Position numbers and translations under genes: made by a program. The notes beneath the pieces are model-generated. The model had not been told where the DNA came from and did not search any database. It worked only from the letters and a program-made list of their open reading frames with translations. A DNA stretch of 64,000 bases from Rhodosorus marinus CCMP1338 (taxonomy: Eukaryota; Plantae; Rhodophyta), in contig JAMWBK010000008.1 in assembly GCA_029953675.1 (NCBI GenBank), forward strand, positions 806,001 to 870,000, in the 5' to 3' direction. This document shows, piece after piece, positions 36,583-49,981 of this stretch. Position 1 is the stretch's first letter; every line of letters starts with the position of its first letter.

Positions 36583-37678
36583 CTAGAAATTTTGAAGGCG
36601 AATGTTGAATCTCGGAGAAGGGCCATCTTGATTTGCGTCGAACAACATAACTTGACGGTCACTGGTAGCGGGCCTGGTGTCCAGCCTATCCACGCATTTG
36701 AAAATTCTTCCTGGGGTCGCCGACATCAGCTCTTCCAATCGGAAAACTGCAGATCCCTGACTGTCATAGTTCTTCTGAAACCGTCGGGCCTGAATAGTGG
36801 AGAGAGATGCAACCATCCTCAGGTTGTTTTATCTTTCGGAGCTTGACCAACAGTTTTACCACGATGCATGAAACTTACCGTGAACACTTCCAGGCGAAGG
36901 TGTTTATGATTTCCAGCTGTGAGCTCTTGTTCGTCGAGAACGGAGTGTTCAAACTTGGATGTCTTTCCTAGTCTTATCGTTTCCGATCGGTGGACCAACG
37001 CCCAACGACGCGGCCCAATGCTTCTTGATATCTCGTAGTACGCCCTGGAACCAGCAACGTGAAAGATACGCCCAAACTCTGCGTTGAAGATTATTCCTCT
37101 AGGGTTCTCTAGTTGGTGAAAGCGTTCCCCTTGTATGATACCAAACGCGGGTTCCGTTCGATTTTGCTTGGTCTCTAATCTCAGAGCCATGCCCTGATCT
37201 CTCATCTCGACTAGCTGCGAACAGAAAGTTAAATTTTCAGCAGCCCACTCACAAGGTCTCCTCATAAGATGTGGAAGTCAACGTACCTCGGCCAGTTGAC
37301 ACTGGACAGTTCCCACAAAGTAGTGCACGGACAAATCGTCCGTATTCTTCGACGTCCGTGAAAAAAAGTCGAACCTTAAACCAATCGATCGTATGTTCAG
37401 GCGGGTGAAGGAAACCAGGAATTTCTCGACAAACCGTGGGTCTTGTTCGTCCGCAATGGTCTCCGTCCTACCAATCTCCTTCCAAACCCCTCCTCCTCCT
37501 GCCAGAAGACTTAAGCATTAGATACAATCTCGAGAAGGCGGGTACCAGGAAACAACCCCAAAAGTTTACCTTCAGACTTGAACACCACTACAAACGGATT
37601 CGTTCTGAAAAATAGATCCAACTTCGGCAACCCTCGAGCAAGCACGCTCACTTCCAGAACGTGTCGCTCCTCCATCAT
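36583..37678 (-). CDS. Copine-like tandem C2-domain protein without a vWA domain; about 4 exons
   Basis: C2A-like: VLEVSVLARGLPKLDLFFRTNPFVVV...WKEIGRTETIADEQDPRFVEKF...FVGTVQCQLAE. C2B-like: RAYYEISR...WALVHRSETI...ELTAGN...LRLEVFT...FRLEELM. The stop is at 36583. Confidence 0.7.
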
Positions 37679-40600
37679 ACAACAAGCTGATCCCGGGCAA
37701 AACTCCTCCCCGTATCCGCCTGCTGTGATACCCTACGTAGACCCTTCAACAAGAACCACAGCACCGATCTAGAATCAACTAGAAGACCAGAACTACAAAA
37801 AAAACAAGAGATAACCCAACAACTACACGTTACAGGGTCTCCTCGGACTAGCTCAATACTTTGATACTTGGTGAGCGACACTCAATGTCCCAAGTAAAGG
37901 GAATCACCACCACCAACCTCACCACAGTATCTCAGACAATCCGCTTCGACGATGGACCCTCAACCACAGCTACTTCCCCTCCGTCTCCTACCCCGTCCCC
38001 TTGGACTTTTTGGGAATCTATATGAAAGGCTTCCCCTTCAGTTTAAATATACACCGTCCAGTCCAGTCAAGCTTTCGAGATCTTACGCTCACTAAGCTTT
38101 TTTTTTGCTCTTCCGCTCGTTCAACAAGAAATGTTGAAGAGTCTCACAACCCCTTTGCGCGACCCTTCAGTGATCACCACCGTGTTTGAAAGAAATATTT
38201 TCCTTACAATAAAATAAGATTATTGCCTCCCGGGAATTGATCAATTAGGGGTGGCGGGGCGGGGAAGGAGGCGGCATTGAAGGTAGGTGGGCTGATCAGG
38301 GGAGTCATCCATCAGAAAATTGTTCAACATCAATTGCTATGAGGTGAAACTTGGATTGATATAAATCCCTAACCAAGACGTCTTGATGGATATAGGGGGA
38401 AGAGCCACTGAAACAATACCTAACGAACTTGAAAAGAAATTACTTCATTATCTAGATATACTTGTTTACAAAATTTATCAACCCCAGGATAAGATCAGCT
38501 CAATACCGGCATAGCAACTTTGCTTAATTTCCTTTTAATAGGATCAAAAAGCATTTCCGCTTTTTTAAGATTTTTTGAAAGAAATTGGAAAACTTCCCGT
38601 TCCCGTTTATGAAAATCATAATAATAATAGGGTTATTCCCCCCGTCCGCTTTTTGTTTGCCGCATAAGAGAGCAAACAAAAAGGCAAGAAAACGTCCAAA
38701 ATACGGGGTGTCCGTCGCTCGCATGCGATGGCAATTTCCTGTATTATCGAATAAATATCTTCATGCCATGATCCCCACACCGTAAAAACGATAATTGGGG
38801 TCTGCCAATTGTTCAAAAATCCTGTATTAACGAATAAATTTCCTACATCTCATGATCACAGCTAATAACTACCATCGTTTATTCAGTCGGCCTAACTACG
38901 CTGAGAAAGCAAGGCAACGAAAGGCGCTGACGAACACCCCTTGAAAAGAAAAGAAAAAGTGGAGGGTCATATTTTTCGACAGCAAGCGCTTTAGTGTTGT
39001 GCTTGCCCTATTGATCTCAGATCAAATAAAATATCAACAATTCGCGAATAAGCCGTCTTCTGACTTTCTCGCGCTTAGCACGAAAGCCTTTTAGCTCGCG
39101 TGGATTACATAGACTTAAATTATAGAGTGTAGATATCTATATTTAGGAATATTGCATTGGATACGTTTAAAAATTGACTAGGCGAGGACAATCGGGGAGC
39201 TGAAAATTCTAATGAAACTCTGTGACATATACTGTTTGTACTCTACAATATCATGTAAATATACTATTAAATACGCTATACAAAACTAGAAGGTTTATGC
39301 GAAGATTAGCGCTCACTTGCCCTAAAACCTGACCTCCAAAGTTGCCCCTAACGCTTGGGGAACGTTCGCAAGAAGAAAAAAAAGGCGGAAAAACATGAAG
39401 GATTCTCTGCTCTTGCCTCCCACCAATATTCTCTTAAAAACTATTTCCAAAAAACATCAGCAAAAGCCAGAGCAGGCTGTATCTAAAACGTTCTTCGACA
39501 AACTGGGCGATCGACCACGTTGATATTCATTTCTTGATATATAGATTTTGCTGGACATTCAGCAGAATTTGAACAATTTTCGTTGTGGGGTTACTATATC
39601 GGACAAGATCTGACGGGAGGAGAAAATCTGCATTCATTTTTTATCGGTCTCTGGCGAACACCTTGCTTCACGTGGTCTTTTCGCAATACGGATACTGATT
39701 GGGTTTTTTTAAAGGAAAAGGGAATATTATCATCCTTTATCTCAGAATTCCTATCTTCCTGGAAGGCCTCTCCAGGTAGGCCTCTCCAGGTAGTTGTTGG
39801 CTTTGAGAAGCTTGAAGGGAGGAAGAATGTGGGGTTGTCTTGTGTTTTGATGAGGGCGCATCCAACAAAAAAGTTTCTTCAGAGCGCCGGAGTATCGTTC
39901 CGCTTTCCCTGTCCAAGGACACCCACAAACGCGTAATTGGTTCTGCGTGGCGATCGAAGAAGGATCGGACTGATCTTCCTGTACTTCTTATAGATTCTAG
40001 TAGAGTTAGACTCCTGGACAGCGTTCTGTGGGTTTTCTCAGAGCGATACGAGATTATTTGCCTTGCGCGGTGGTAGGTCGCTGCTGAATAAAGGCTACAG
40101 GGTTGGCTTTCCAGTAAACCAGAGGGTAAATCAAGGTGATTCAGAGGGTCAAAGACAGCTCCGTGAGGGGACTGCCAAGACGAGCTCGGTCACGCTACGA
40201 AAGCTGGCCACGAAATCAACGGAGAAGCTTGCGGGGTAGACCGCTCCACTGCGACTAAGAAAAACATATATTTTTTTGTTCCTTCTTGGATCGCGGAGGA
40301 TTTCTGGTCCAGTTTATAGGACAGCACAGGAAACGCCCTGGCAATAAAAAGGATATATCAGAAAGTCACATATTCTAAATATATGTGAAAGATGAAAAAA
40401 TTGATAAAATTCATATTTTGAGGGGTTTCGGAGGCAACTCAAAAACTGGAATTGTTATAATAATTTGATTAGATACCTGAATATGCCTTTTTGGTATTGT
40501 TTTACAGATTTTGCGAAATCTGCGATCTTTCGTTAGTCCAATGCGATATTTTAATATCGTTTTGAAGGGTAAAAAGGCTGGATGGGCGGTGGTTAGGAAG

Positions 40601-42103
40601 GGTTGAACTGACTCTGCATGGGGTGGGTGCATAACTAGACGGGAGGATTTGGTCAAGTGAACTCACTATCAGAGTGGCAGAGTCAAATATCAGAGCTCTA
40701 GTAGAGCTCTTTTCGGGTTACTTTTGATTGTCCTTTCTTGCGCCGATCTGCTCCGCATTGAATTGGCTTTGGACATGCAGTCACCGCCCTTGTAGGAACG
40801 ACTATGTACGCTCATTGGGGTGTTAAAAGCTTCCGTTTCTGACGCTCATCTTGTAGCCACTATAGCTTGGATTCATGTCAATTCTTGTCTTTGCTTCATG
40901 CTCTTCTAGCTTGTTTCTCCAATCGGTGGCCCAGAAAAGTGCCAATCCAAAGTGATGCTCGGCGATAAGAGCCCTCCATAGAAAGGCTACTACCATGCTT
41001 GAACTTCTGACGGAGCACGAGGCTCTGGGAGAATGGATCCCGCCTTGTCCTTTACAACTGTCGGAACGCTCGCTGGGAACCGAGAGTGTTGCATGATGAT
41101 AATAGGCGCTACAATGCGCTAAAAAAGTCCGAGTTCGTTGATCGCAAAGCCATGGGTTTAATGAGAAGCTTTCGACTACAGTTTTGTGGCACTTGTCGTG
41201 GAGTCAGAATCTCCTCTCTTATTAGTCCCGAAGGCTCTTCCTTTTTTTGTATGTTGTGTACATGCCAACCACACCACGCAAGCACAAAGTTCCTGAAGCG
41301 GGGTGCGCTCGCCAGGAATTAGCGTGCGTTGATCTGAACTGGAGGAGTAATTTCTCGTGAGGAGTTTAGCTTTCCCACTACAATTTCAATTTCTTGCATC
41401 TACCAGTGGAGCACCAGACCGGGTAGGCCTAGTGAAGAAAGAAAGAAAGAAACTCAGTCGCAGTCGCTGCGTCCTAGTCTGCACTAAAAGCTATCAGTCG
41501 AGAAAATCTACCCAGCAGTTGTTCACCAAGCCGGAATGCATTCACATACAGCGCCAGGTCACGGTTGTACAGTCACGAACAAGGTAGAAAGCGTCTTCAT
41601 CACAAAGCTAGATGTCTATTTATGAGGATTGGTCGCGTTCAATATATTCCTCTCTTGCTAACAGCTACCGATTGAAATTCTGGAATTCTTCGAGATCCCT
41701 AGTGTTGCGACTTCTGCAACCAGATTCGAACCACAAAATTCAACGTCTGACTGGTGGCTTACTCCTTTCTCCTTTGTGAGGATATCCCGCGCATATCCGC
41801 GCCTGGCAGCTGAGCATTTGTGCACAAGAAGTAACGTTTACGAGCAAGGCAGCAAGATCGGTCCAAGAAAACTCCCCTCCGCCTCGAAGGGGATTCATTC
41901 CTTGGAGAGGACCTCCGTTCGATGCTGGTCCTGCTGGGCTTCAGCACTGTTCTTCCTGACTATGTTCACTTCCGGTCGGGATTTTGAAATTAGAATCCAG
42001 GCAATCTGCGTTGTACTGTGTGGAAAAGCTACCCAACGAGCATGAGGCCGGCTCAACACCTTTCTTTCCCAGCATCCTCGCACAATTGGTGCGAGGATGC
42101 CAC

Positions 42104-42628
42104 TCAAAGCTTCAACGCTCCGGACGAACTGATACCAATGGCAAAATTATCAGAAGCTTCTGGAATAGTGGAGTTTGGATCCTGCACATCATCTGACACC
42201 AATCTTCTCGGAAGCGGGAGCTCGCTAGGCTCTGGTACACTTGTTTCAAACCCACTCCCGGCAAACCTTTTGCTCGACTCAGAAATCGATTTTTCTGCAC
42301 TCGCTTTAGCCATCTCCTTCTTCTGCTTCCTCTTATTCTTCTTTTGAGAGCCCGGATTCACTCTCCCATCATGGGATCCCATGGCCCGCACACAGATAAT
42401 CCACAAACCAGCTTTAAAACGGACTAATCTCAAGCTCGACCCTGCAGCATCGTCAACTCGGAAAACATCATGTTCTGAATGATACGGAAACCTTTCATAA
42501 AACCGAACCCACAACTGTTCATAACAGAGAAGCCCCGTTACAATTAGAACACTCGCTACTTCCAAACTGCTCACTTCCACCTGACCCCTCAATTCCTCGC
42601 TTGGTTCATTATCGCCCCTTTTGTCCAC
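42104..42628 (-). CDS. Hypothetical protein (174-aa ORF)
   Basis: ATG-initiated ORF with protein-like composition. No family was recognised and no splice structure resolved. Confidence 0.3.
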   Translation of the reverse strand: MDKRGDNEPSEELRGQVEVSSLEVASVLIVTGLLCYEQLWVRFYERFPYHSEHDVFRVDDAAGSSLRLVRFKAGLWIICVRAMGSHDGRVNPGSQKKNKRKQKKEMAKASAEKSISESSKRFAGSGFETSVPEPSELPLPRRLVSDDVQDPNSTIPEASDNFAIGISSSGALKL

Positions 42629-42644
42629 TTTTTCTTACGGAACG

Positions 42645-43028
42645 GAATCATCATCTCTGGCGATGAAAGCGATGCTGTCCAAAGCTCATCGCTGGTGCTA
42701 TCGACGGATGGAGAAACGGCAGCTCAGGAAAAGGGAAAACCAAGTGCAGACTCCGGTAATCTAACTATGCGAAATACACAAAGATCAGCCCAATTCTTCT
42801 CAACCGCACACAGAACTAATTAGTGTGGCGCCAGGTGTCCTAGGACACGGAACCGAATCATCTTCTCTGGCGAACAAAGCGATGCTGTCCAGAGCTCATC
42901 ACTGGCGCTGCCGACGGATCGAGAAACGGCAGCTCAGCAAAAAGACAATCCTTCTCTATCGCACGCAGAACCAATTGAGCAGCGGGAGTAGGTGTCCTAG
43001 GACAGGGAAACGATAGTTATTCTCTGGC
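42645..43028. repeat. 83-bp direct repeat (42645-42727 and 42855-42937, 210-bp period) plus a partial third copy near 42993-43028
   Basis: Nine mismatches in 83 nt by manual alignment. GTGTCCTAGGACA.GGAA.CGA...TTCTCTGGCG recurs as the third partial unit. Confidence 0.9.
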
Positions 43029-43565
43029 GTTATATACCTTAGTTACTGCGCAGATGTCTATCAAGCTTATGAATGCCAAGTAACTGACCCTACCCTACCT
43101 TAACCCGACCTTTTGGCTAGACGCTTAGTAAATCCAACACCAGACCCTAACCCCTGCAGACACATCTAAATACAATGTCAATCATTATATTGCAGTATAA
43201 TGATTCACTTCAATCATAAAAAAAAGTCCGTTGAAAATGGTTTTGAGCTGGTGGTGGACAAGACGATGGGGATTGCTTTTTAGGGACAGCCGAGATGGTG
43301 CGAGGACTGATAGTGGTGGGGAAGGTGGGGCGGGTTTTCTGCTTTGGTTTTTATTCTTTCTGGAAAGGTTACTTGTGTATTTCGATCGGAAGCTGAAGAT
43401 ATTTTGAGAGGGGAGCGTTCATTTTTTCTTTAGTGGCTTTGTTTTTTAAAGCGTGTTGAATCGTTTTGCTTGTGTGTTTTCCGAGGGAGGTTTGGGTGTT
43501 TGTGTGGAGTGGTCCCTGGTGCGTGGGGGGGGGGAGGAGGGAGGAGGGGGTTGATCTAGACCGCC

Positions 43566-44278
43566 ATGGCTGCGGGTAACACGATAGCGCACAGGGATAA
43601 GAGGTTTTTCATTGCTGTGATTGGTGATGAGGTAGTTTTGAGGATTGAGGATAGCTGTTTTCGGGTTGGGTTTTTTATTTCTTTGCGCTGATCGTCAATT
43701 TTTGTCTCCTTTTTTGTCGGTTGTAGGATACCGTGACGGGATTTCTTCTGTCAGGTATTGGGAATATTGATTCTTCGAAGAATGCCAACTTTTTCGTCGT
43801 GGACTTGAGTAAGTCGAAGTTATGACTTACCGTTCTCTATCTAGTTGTTCGCATATACAGTTCATGTATCGTTGATGTTCTGTAATAGCAACGTTATCAG
43901 AAAGAATGGCGTCTGACCGCGTACATTCCCATTCGAAATTCTTTCGCGTTTGAACAGAGGAAACTTCCATTTCTTCAATCGAAGATGCATTCAAGAGGTT
44001 CACGAGAGACAGCAACACGGCAGTTGTATTGATTAATCAAAACGTAAGCAAAGCAACACAAGTCGCGGCCGCAAAACTTTCGAGTTGTTCGCCTGGTCTG
44101 ACGTAAGGAAAACTGCTCTTTGTTTGTAAAGATCGCGAACGAAATACGAGCTGAGATCAACGCATTCAAGAAACCAATACCTGCAGTCCTTGAGATCCCC
44201 AGTAAGGAGCATCCCTACGACGCTTCGCAGGACGGAATCCTACAACGGGTACGGGGCATGTTGGGTCAAGCGACTTAA
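43566..44278 (+). CDS. ATP6V1F: V-type H+-ATPase subunit F; four exons
   Basis: IAVIGDE|DTVTGFLLSGIG...IEDAFKRFT...VVLINQN|IANEIR...PIPAVLEIPSKEHPYD. Confidence 0.97.
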
Positions 44279-44975
44279 AATTCTTGAACGTTAAGAAGCA
44301 GCGATGGCACGCTTCGAGAACAGAAAGTCTCCACAGAACTAGCTTTCGAGCGTAATTTTCCACTACTAGAATGGATCCATTGTTACTCTTCTGATAGCTC
44401 AGAAACAAAAATGCGCCAGCAGGGAAGAACAAGTCATAAAGTATTGATGACCGCATAAACTTCATCTTATCTTAATCCGAGTCAGCTTTACTATGGGAGC
44501 GCTGCTTTTTCAGCGATCCACTCCAGGAGACAAGAGTCGCTGATGTTAGCGCTCAAGCCCTCACTGCTCAACATGTTTCGCGCTTGGAATTTGTTTTAGT
44601 TACATGTTCATAGGTTTGTCAATATAATAAATGCTTCTTGGTGCTCACGAAGCGGTCATTCTATACCAGAGCAGGGCGAGGAAGCATCCGATCACCCATA
44701 GCCGGCCTGTCAACTGGGTACCTCATTAGCCCCATACTAAAAGATCGCTTGACGAAAGTTTTGATGTACGTTTGCTTCTCAAACACTAGTAGGCTCGATT
44801 TGATGGCCACGTTGTGCGGGTCTACAGCGACGATGCACACCTTGAGTACATATTTCAGAAAATTCTTCAGACGACGGCCGATCTCCTCTTTATAAAGCGA
44901 CGACTTGTTGAGCAGTGCCCGGGACCTGGCGCTGGATCACATGTGAGAAGGTCGGCTCCGTCGTGCGTTCTCAGT

Positions 44976-47539
44976 CTATCCACTTTCGTCCTGCAACTCA
45001 TCTTCATCATCTTCATCGGGGACCGCAACCTGATCGCCATACACTAGAGCAGCAGTAATTATTTCAAAGAATTAGAAACGAACAAGTACAGAATAGTAAA
45101 TCGAAAACAGCTCGAAATGTAACCACAGTTCACTCACGCAACGCTTTCCGAGCAAATCCAAGGTCGCTCTGGTCCGTAAGGAACCGTATGTTCCCAGCTG
45201 TGGAGAGACGTTCCGTGGGTGGTCTCGTGGCGGTGGTCTCCATCATGCGACGGTATTTCTCCAGTTCCTCAATCCTTGAAAGCTCTGCGCCCAAGAGCTT
45301 CTCTTTGACTTCTTTTCGAATCTCTTTCGCACGCTCTAGGTTCCCCACATTCAAATTCATCTGCTGCAGTGCAGAATAGCAATACTTGTCGAACGAAAGT
45401 CCCATTTCAGACAATTCGGCGAGGAAAGCTTCAGCTTTGACGAGGTTCTTTTCATTCCTGTACATGAGGAAGCGAGCTCGAATAGTTTTCTAGAAAGGCC
45501 CTGTGGAGTTAGAATCAGGCGAACCCAAACGATAAATAACTCAAACCATGATTTGCACTTACCGGGTCAATCTCCCATGGGTGGACTGTCGAAACGTAAT
45601 CCTTCCACAACTCTACAACGCGAGGGTCGTCCCCTGCTGCGCTCAGTTTCTGGATTACTTCTTCCAGCAGGAACCTATACGTTCCTTTCTCATTTTTCAC
45701 GACCTTTTGGACGGTTGCGTAGGCATCATCTGCAGAGCTGATTCTCGCGGCATAAACCAACAGCAGGTTCACGATCCTATCGTCTGGAGTGAAGCAGCTC
45801 TCTCGAAACTCACGTAGCAGTATTCCAACTAATTTGTTCTCATCCAAACTGGTTGAAACATTTCAAGCGGGAATCATGCTTGTTAATGAAGAAAACTGTT
45901 CCCTCCAAACCAACAGAGCGCAAGTGCTTACCTTAGCGCGAGGTTAACGAGGCTATAGTAGTGATCTACCGGGTCGGTGAAGTTCGGATGAATGAATGCA
46001 TGGCCTGCAATAGCCAGCGATACGTCATTCACCCTAATGGCCTCCTGGATCAGTGTCTCCACAGCTCTTCCAGGAATATTGGTGGGTGTCCGTGACAAAA
46101 ACTTCAGTATCCCTTTCATCCTGGGGAGTCTCTCGTTCTCTGGCGCCAGTTTCTACCAACAAAAGACAACGCAAGGTTTTAGAGCTAACCTGTCTAGTCC
46201 AACCTCATGCTTACACGTTCAATCAGACTGCCTTCCTGAAGTCCGTCAGCAGAGGTCCTGCGCACCTGCGTTTCGACTGCGAGGTCCACAACTGATGCCT
46301 TTGCATAACCGGACAAGGTTGGTCCATTGGTTAGCAGCTGACAAGCAAAGTCGCCCCTGTTTACCCCCTCGTGGGGTTTGCTGTACGGCAACGTCTCGAA
46401 CAAGCACTCCAACTGCTGGGCCTTTTCAGTGGGAGGAATACCCCGCACACGCTGCAAGAGTCGATAGGCTTTGAACATTCCGGAATAGCCCTCATAGTAC
46501 CCCGCCAAGTCTAGTCCAACGGTATGAGGTATCAGCGGTTAGCAAATACGGCAAAAGCGTTCCCTTGTGAAAGCTGTGCCTGAACTTTCTTACAAAAAAT
46601 CTTCGATTGCAACTCCAAGGGTATACAGGAAGTGTGAATCTGGTCGGTATCCTCCAAAAGCTGGAAAATTTCCGTAATATTTCCCGACGCAACCAAGTGA
46701 AACAGCTCTGACGTCCGCTGGCGATAGTCAAAGAAGCATGCACCGTAGTACTCAGACAAAAGTTTCTTAGACAACTGGTGCTTCCCGCAAATCGAGGCGG
46801 CAATGGACAGAGTTGCAATAGATCTCAAGGCTTGCTTTCGGGAGTCGGCATTCCCAGGAATCAACTGTGTCATGGAAAGCCAGCGGCTAGTTTAGCAAAC
46901 TGGCTAGCCAGATGCAAGGGGTATCTCCTGTACCTAGCCTTCCAACAGCTTATTGCTCGCGAAGTCTTACCGAGATTACGTTAAATGCCTTGATAGCCAG
47001 GTCGAAGCGTTTTGCTTTTCCGCAGTACATGACGAAAGAGTCCAGTAATCCATTGTTCACCAAGTACCTAGTCCCGCTCCTAGACTGAATCTTCCTGAGA
47101 ATTCTTCCAATTTGTTTGGTAGCCTTATCCGACGGTCTTGTTCTGGTAATCACATCGCATATGCTATTTGCATCAAGGGGAAAAGTTGAAACCAGCTGAT
47201 CTAGTCTGGCCAGCGCGTGCAGATCCCTGCCAAGCTCAAGGAATTGTCTCACTTCGTTCCACAACAAATGGCTGTACGCTTCTCTTCGTCTGACGGGACC
47301 AGGTTTTCTCAGATCAAGCAGATTAGACGGCTTACTCCCTTTCTTGCTCTGAGCTGGCTTCCGTTTCTTTTGCGAATGAACGATTGGCTTCAGCTATGGT
47401 ACGATACTCGTCGACAACCAGATTTGCCTTACTTTATTCCTGATAAACCTACCGTGCCAACCAAAGTGTTGAGGTGACTCAAAGAAAGCGTTCTCCCACG
47501 TTGCGCGAACAGCGAACGACCTCGAGATCCCAAAATCAT
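44976..47539 (-). CDS. Organelle-targeted PPR-like helical repeat protein; multi-exon, boundaries approximate
   Basis: Arg/Ser-rich presequence-like first exon (MILGSRGRSLFAQRGRTLSL...). PPR-like repeats NGLLDSFVMYCGKAKRFDLAIKAFN and AEAFLAELSEMGLSFDKYCYSALQQMNLNVGNLERAKEI are present. Confidence 0.6.
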
Positions 47540-49981
47540 TCTGGCGGTTGGAAACCGCTGCAAAGCGCGGTCTCGGTTAGAATCTTGGCTTCTTCAACAT
47601 CACTACTTCTGAGAGCCGCGAACACAAATCCAACCAGATCACGAGATTCGGTTCGCACTTGCGACAGAAAGTCGCTGTGGCCGCGAAAACCTAGGAGGCA
47701 GACGGTGCAAACGCCGGAATCTCCGAAAAGAAAAGAAGCGAGTTCGAGACCAAAAAAAGCTCTTGAGGCTGCCAATCCGAGCGAGCTATGAGATTATAAA
47801 ACCCCACGAATTGACGAGATCCGAGCTCAACAAGACCTCCTACAAGCGCGGCTACCCTTCACACGCTCTCCCAAGCAGAATTCCAATCCCCCTTGTCGCC
47901 GCTTTTCTACCCTCAAGGTCCTCAAGCCAACAGATCACAAACAAATACTCAGGAAATCGCTTACCCACCGAAAAGCGTCGCAGCGTCAGATGTTGACGTA
48001 GGTCTCTCCTGTTGACATACAACTCCACATCAGGACGAACATTGGCTGCGAGTCATGGACAGGTCACATCACCACCCCCCCCTCCCCTTCCCCCCCCAAA
48101 ACAAAATATAAAAAAATCGGATGAACTCCCCAATTACCAATCTACATGCCCCCTACCAAAATACGCTCTCGATTATAATGGCAATTTTATATGCAATTTT
48201 CACCAAAGCTCATCCTACTGCAGTACTGGCAGAAGGCGTGTTCATCTAGTAGGCAACATTTGTAGGAAACCCAGAGAAAAAAATCAAAATTGCAGGGTTT
48301 TCTATGGGACGAAAATTTAATTATTGGTATTATTTTGAAACAGATTGGTTACTACGGGTAAAATCTAATGATTCTTGAAAAATATCTCATCTATAAAGGA
48401 AATAACTGAAGGGAAACGAGAAACCTTATTCATCGGCGCAAGGCGGGTAAAAAAACATACTGGGCGGGATAAGCCTGTCTTGGGTTTTGACTGAAGTTTG
48501 GATGATAGACCAAATGATTTCTGACGCGTGTTATTAAGTTGATTGTTTTGCGACCGTTCGATGTTGAGTTGAGCGAGGGTAGCGACTGGTTCCAGAGCTG
48601 TCGGCTTTCGGTGACAATTGTCGCGTTTGCAGTTCAGCAACCTGATGAAATCTTATCAGCAACACAGCAGATTTTCTCAGGGTCGTTTGCTACCTAAGGT
48701 TCCATGAGCCAAGCTAGCAGCTTGCTAAGCACGTTGAGCCCTGATTTCAAGGAGTTTCGGGTCGATCCCGGGCTTCAGATGGATCAGTCCGGCTCACGAA
48801 TCTAGGTGGAGACTCATGAATCGCTAGTTTATGAAAGGTATGAGGTTGTCCTTGATAAAAGCTTCTCGGGAATACTCACTACATGCGAGAGCAGCTGAGA
48901 AAAAGAAATAACTTTTGGTGACTGTCGCTTGTGTGATTGCCTGCTTGGCTACAGCGGCTTCGGTAAGCTGACAAGTCTGTTATGCGCGTGAAACCTACAT
49001 GAAAGGCGCTTAGGTCTCGCATCTTTTCTGTCCTGAATTTCCAATACAAAAAGGAATGAACTTTGCGCCAGTTTTGTCTGTCGCCGTCGCGTCTTGATAA
49101 TGGCCGATTTTCCACTACCCTCCGCGCCTCATTGCGTATCTACTTTCGATTCTGCTCCTGCTCAACTGTCTCTTTTGTAAAGAAGATAGAATCGCCACAT
49201 CCACACTGAACTTTTTGGCGTGCCAAGGCAATGAGGTACCAGGCTGGTCAGGGGTGACCTAATCAAGCAGCTCCTTTTTGTCAAAGCCTTTCCACGTCAG
49301 CATCTATGATATGAGAGAATTTCTAAGACAAGTATCGATTAATCAGATAAGTTCACTGATCTCTTTTACCAGGCAGAATCCGATAGTCCTCCTCCAGTGT
49401 AGGTCGAACGGCAGCTTTCGCATTTAGCAACCAGTCATAGTACCGCATCAGTACATTATTGCTGTACTATCCCCGACAACTGTGGTCAGCGGCATACCCC
49501 TCTCCTTCTATGCTAGATAGTAAGCAGTTTTCAATATTTTAAATTTATTAGCTCAATTTCATATTTCAAAGCCTTTGCAAGTACCCCTCGTTCAGCGGCA
49601 TCTGTTTTCTCAAACCGTTAAGCACCTCTGCTGAAAGGAACTATTATTTCTTCTAGAAAACAACGCGTGGATGTCGTGGCCTAACGAAGCCATTTCATTG
49701 GACAGAGAATGGCTGAATATAGATTGATCATCTATCAGAGGAAGCTTTTATTGGAGTAAAAACTCGAAATGACTGAGAAGCTTTATTTGTATTGAATTTG
49801 AGGTCGATTCGGAATACTGACAACTGGCTTACTGCCAGTGTCGAAGTTTAAACTCTTGGCTTTGGACTGAAAGTGGCGTTGGGGCATGGAGACCGGTGGA
49901 CTGGCAGCCGAGGGTTTTGAGCAGAAGGGTTAGAGAAATTTGATAATAGGAAAAGGATACGAAGGAGTTTTAACTACTAGT

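Noticed and set aside
37361-37367. Apparent frameshift at a poly-T run in the copine-like gene
   Set aside because: A recount gives seven T, which keeps the frame (FDFFSRTSKN).
41723-41732. GGTTCGAATC on the minus strand resembling a tRNA T-loop
   Set aside because: There is no D-arm, anticodon arm or acceptor stem at the required spacing.
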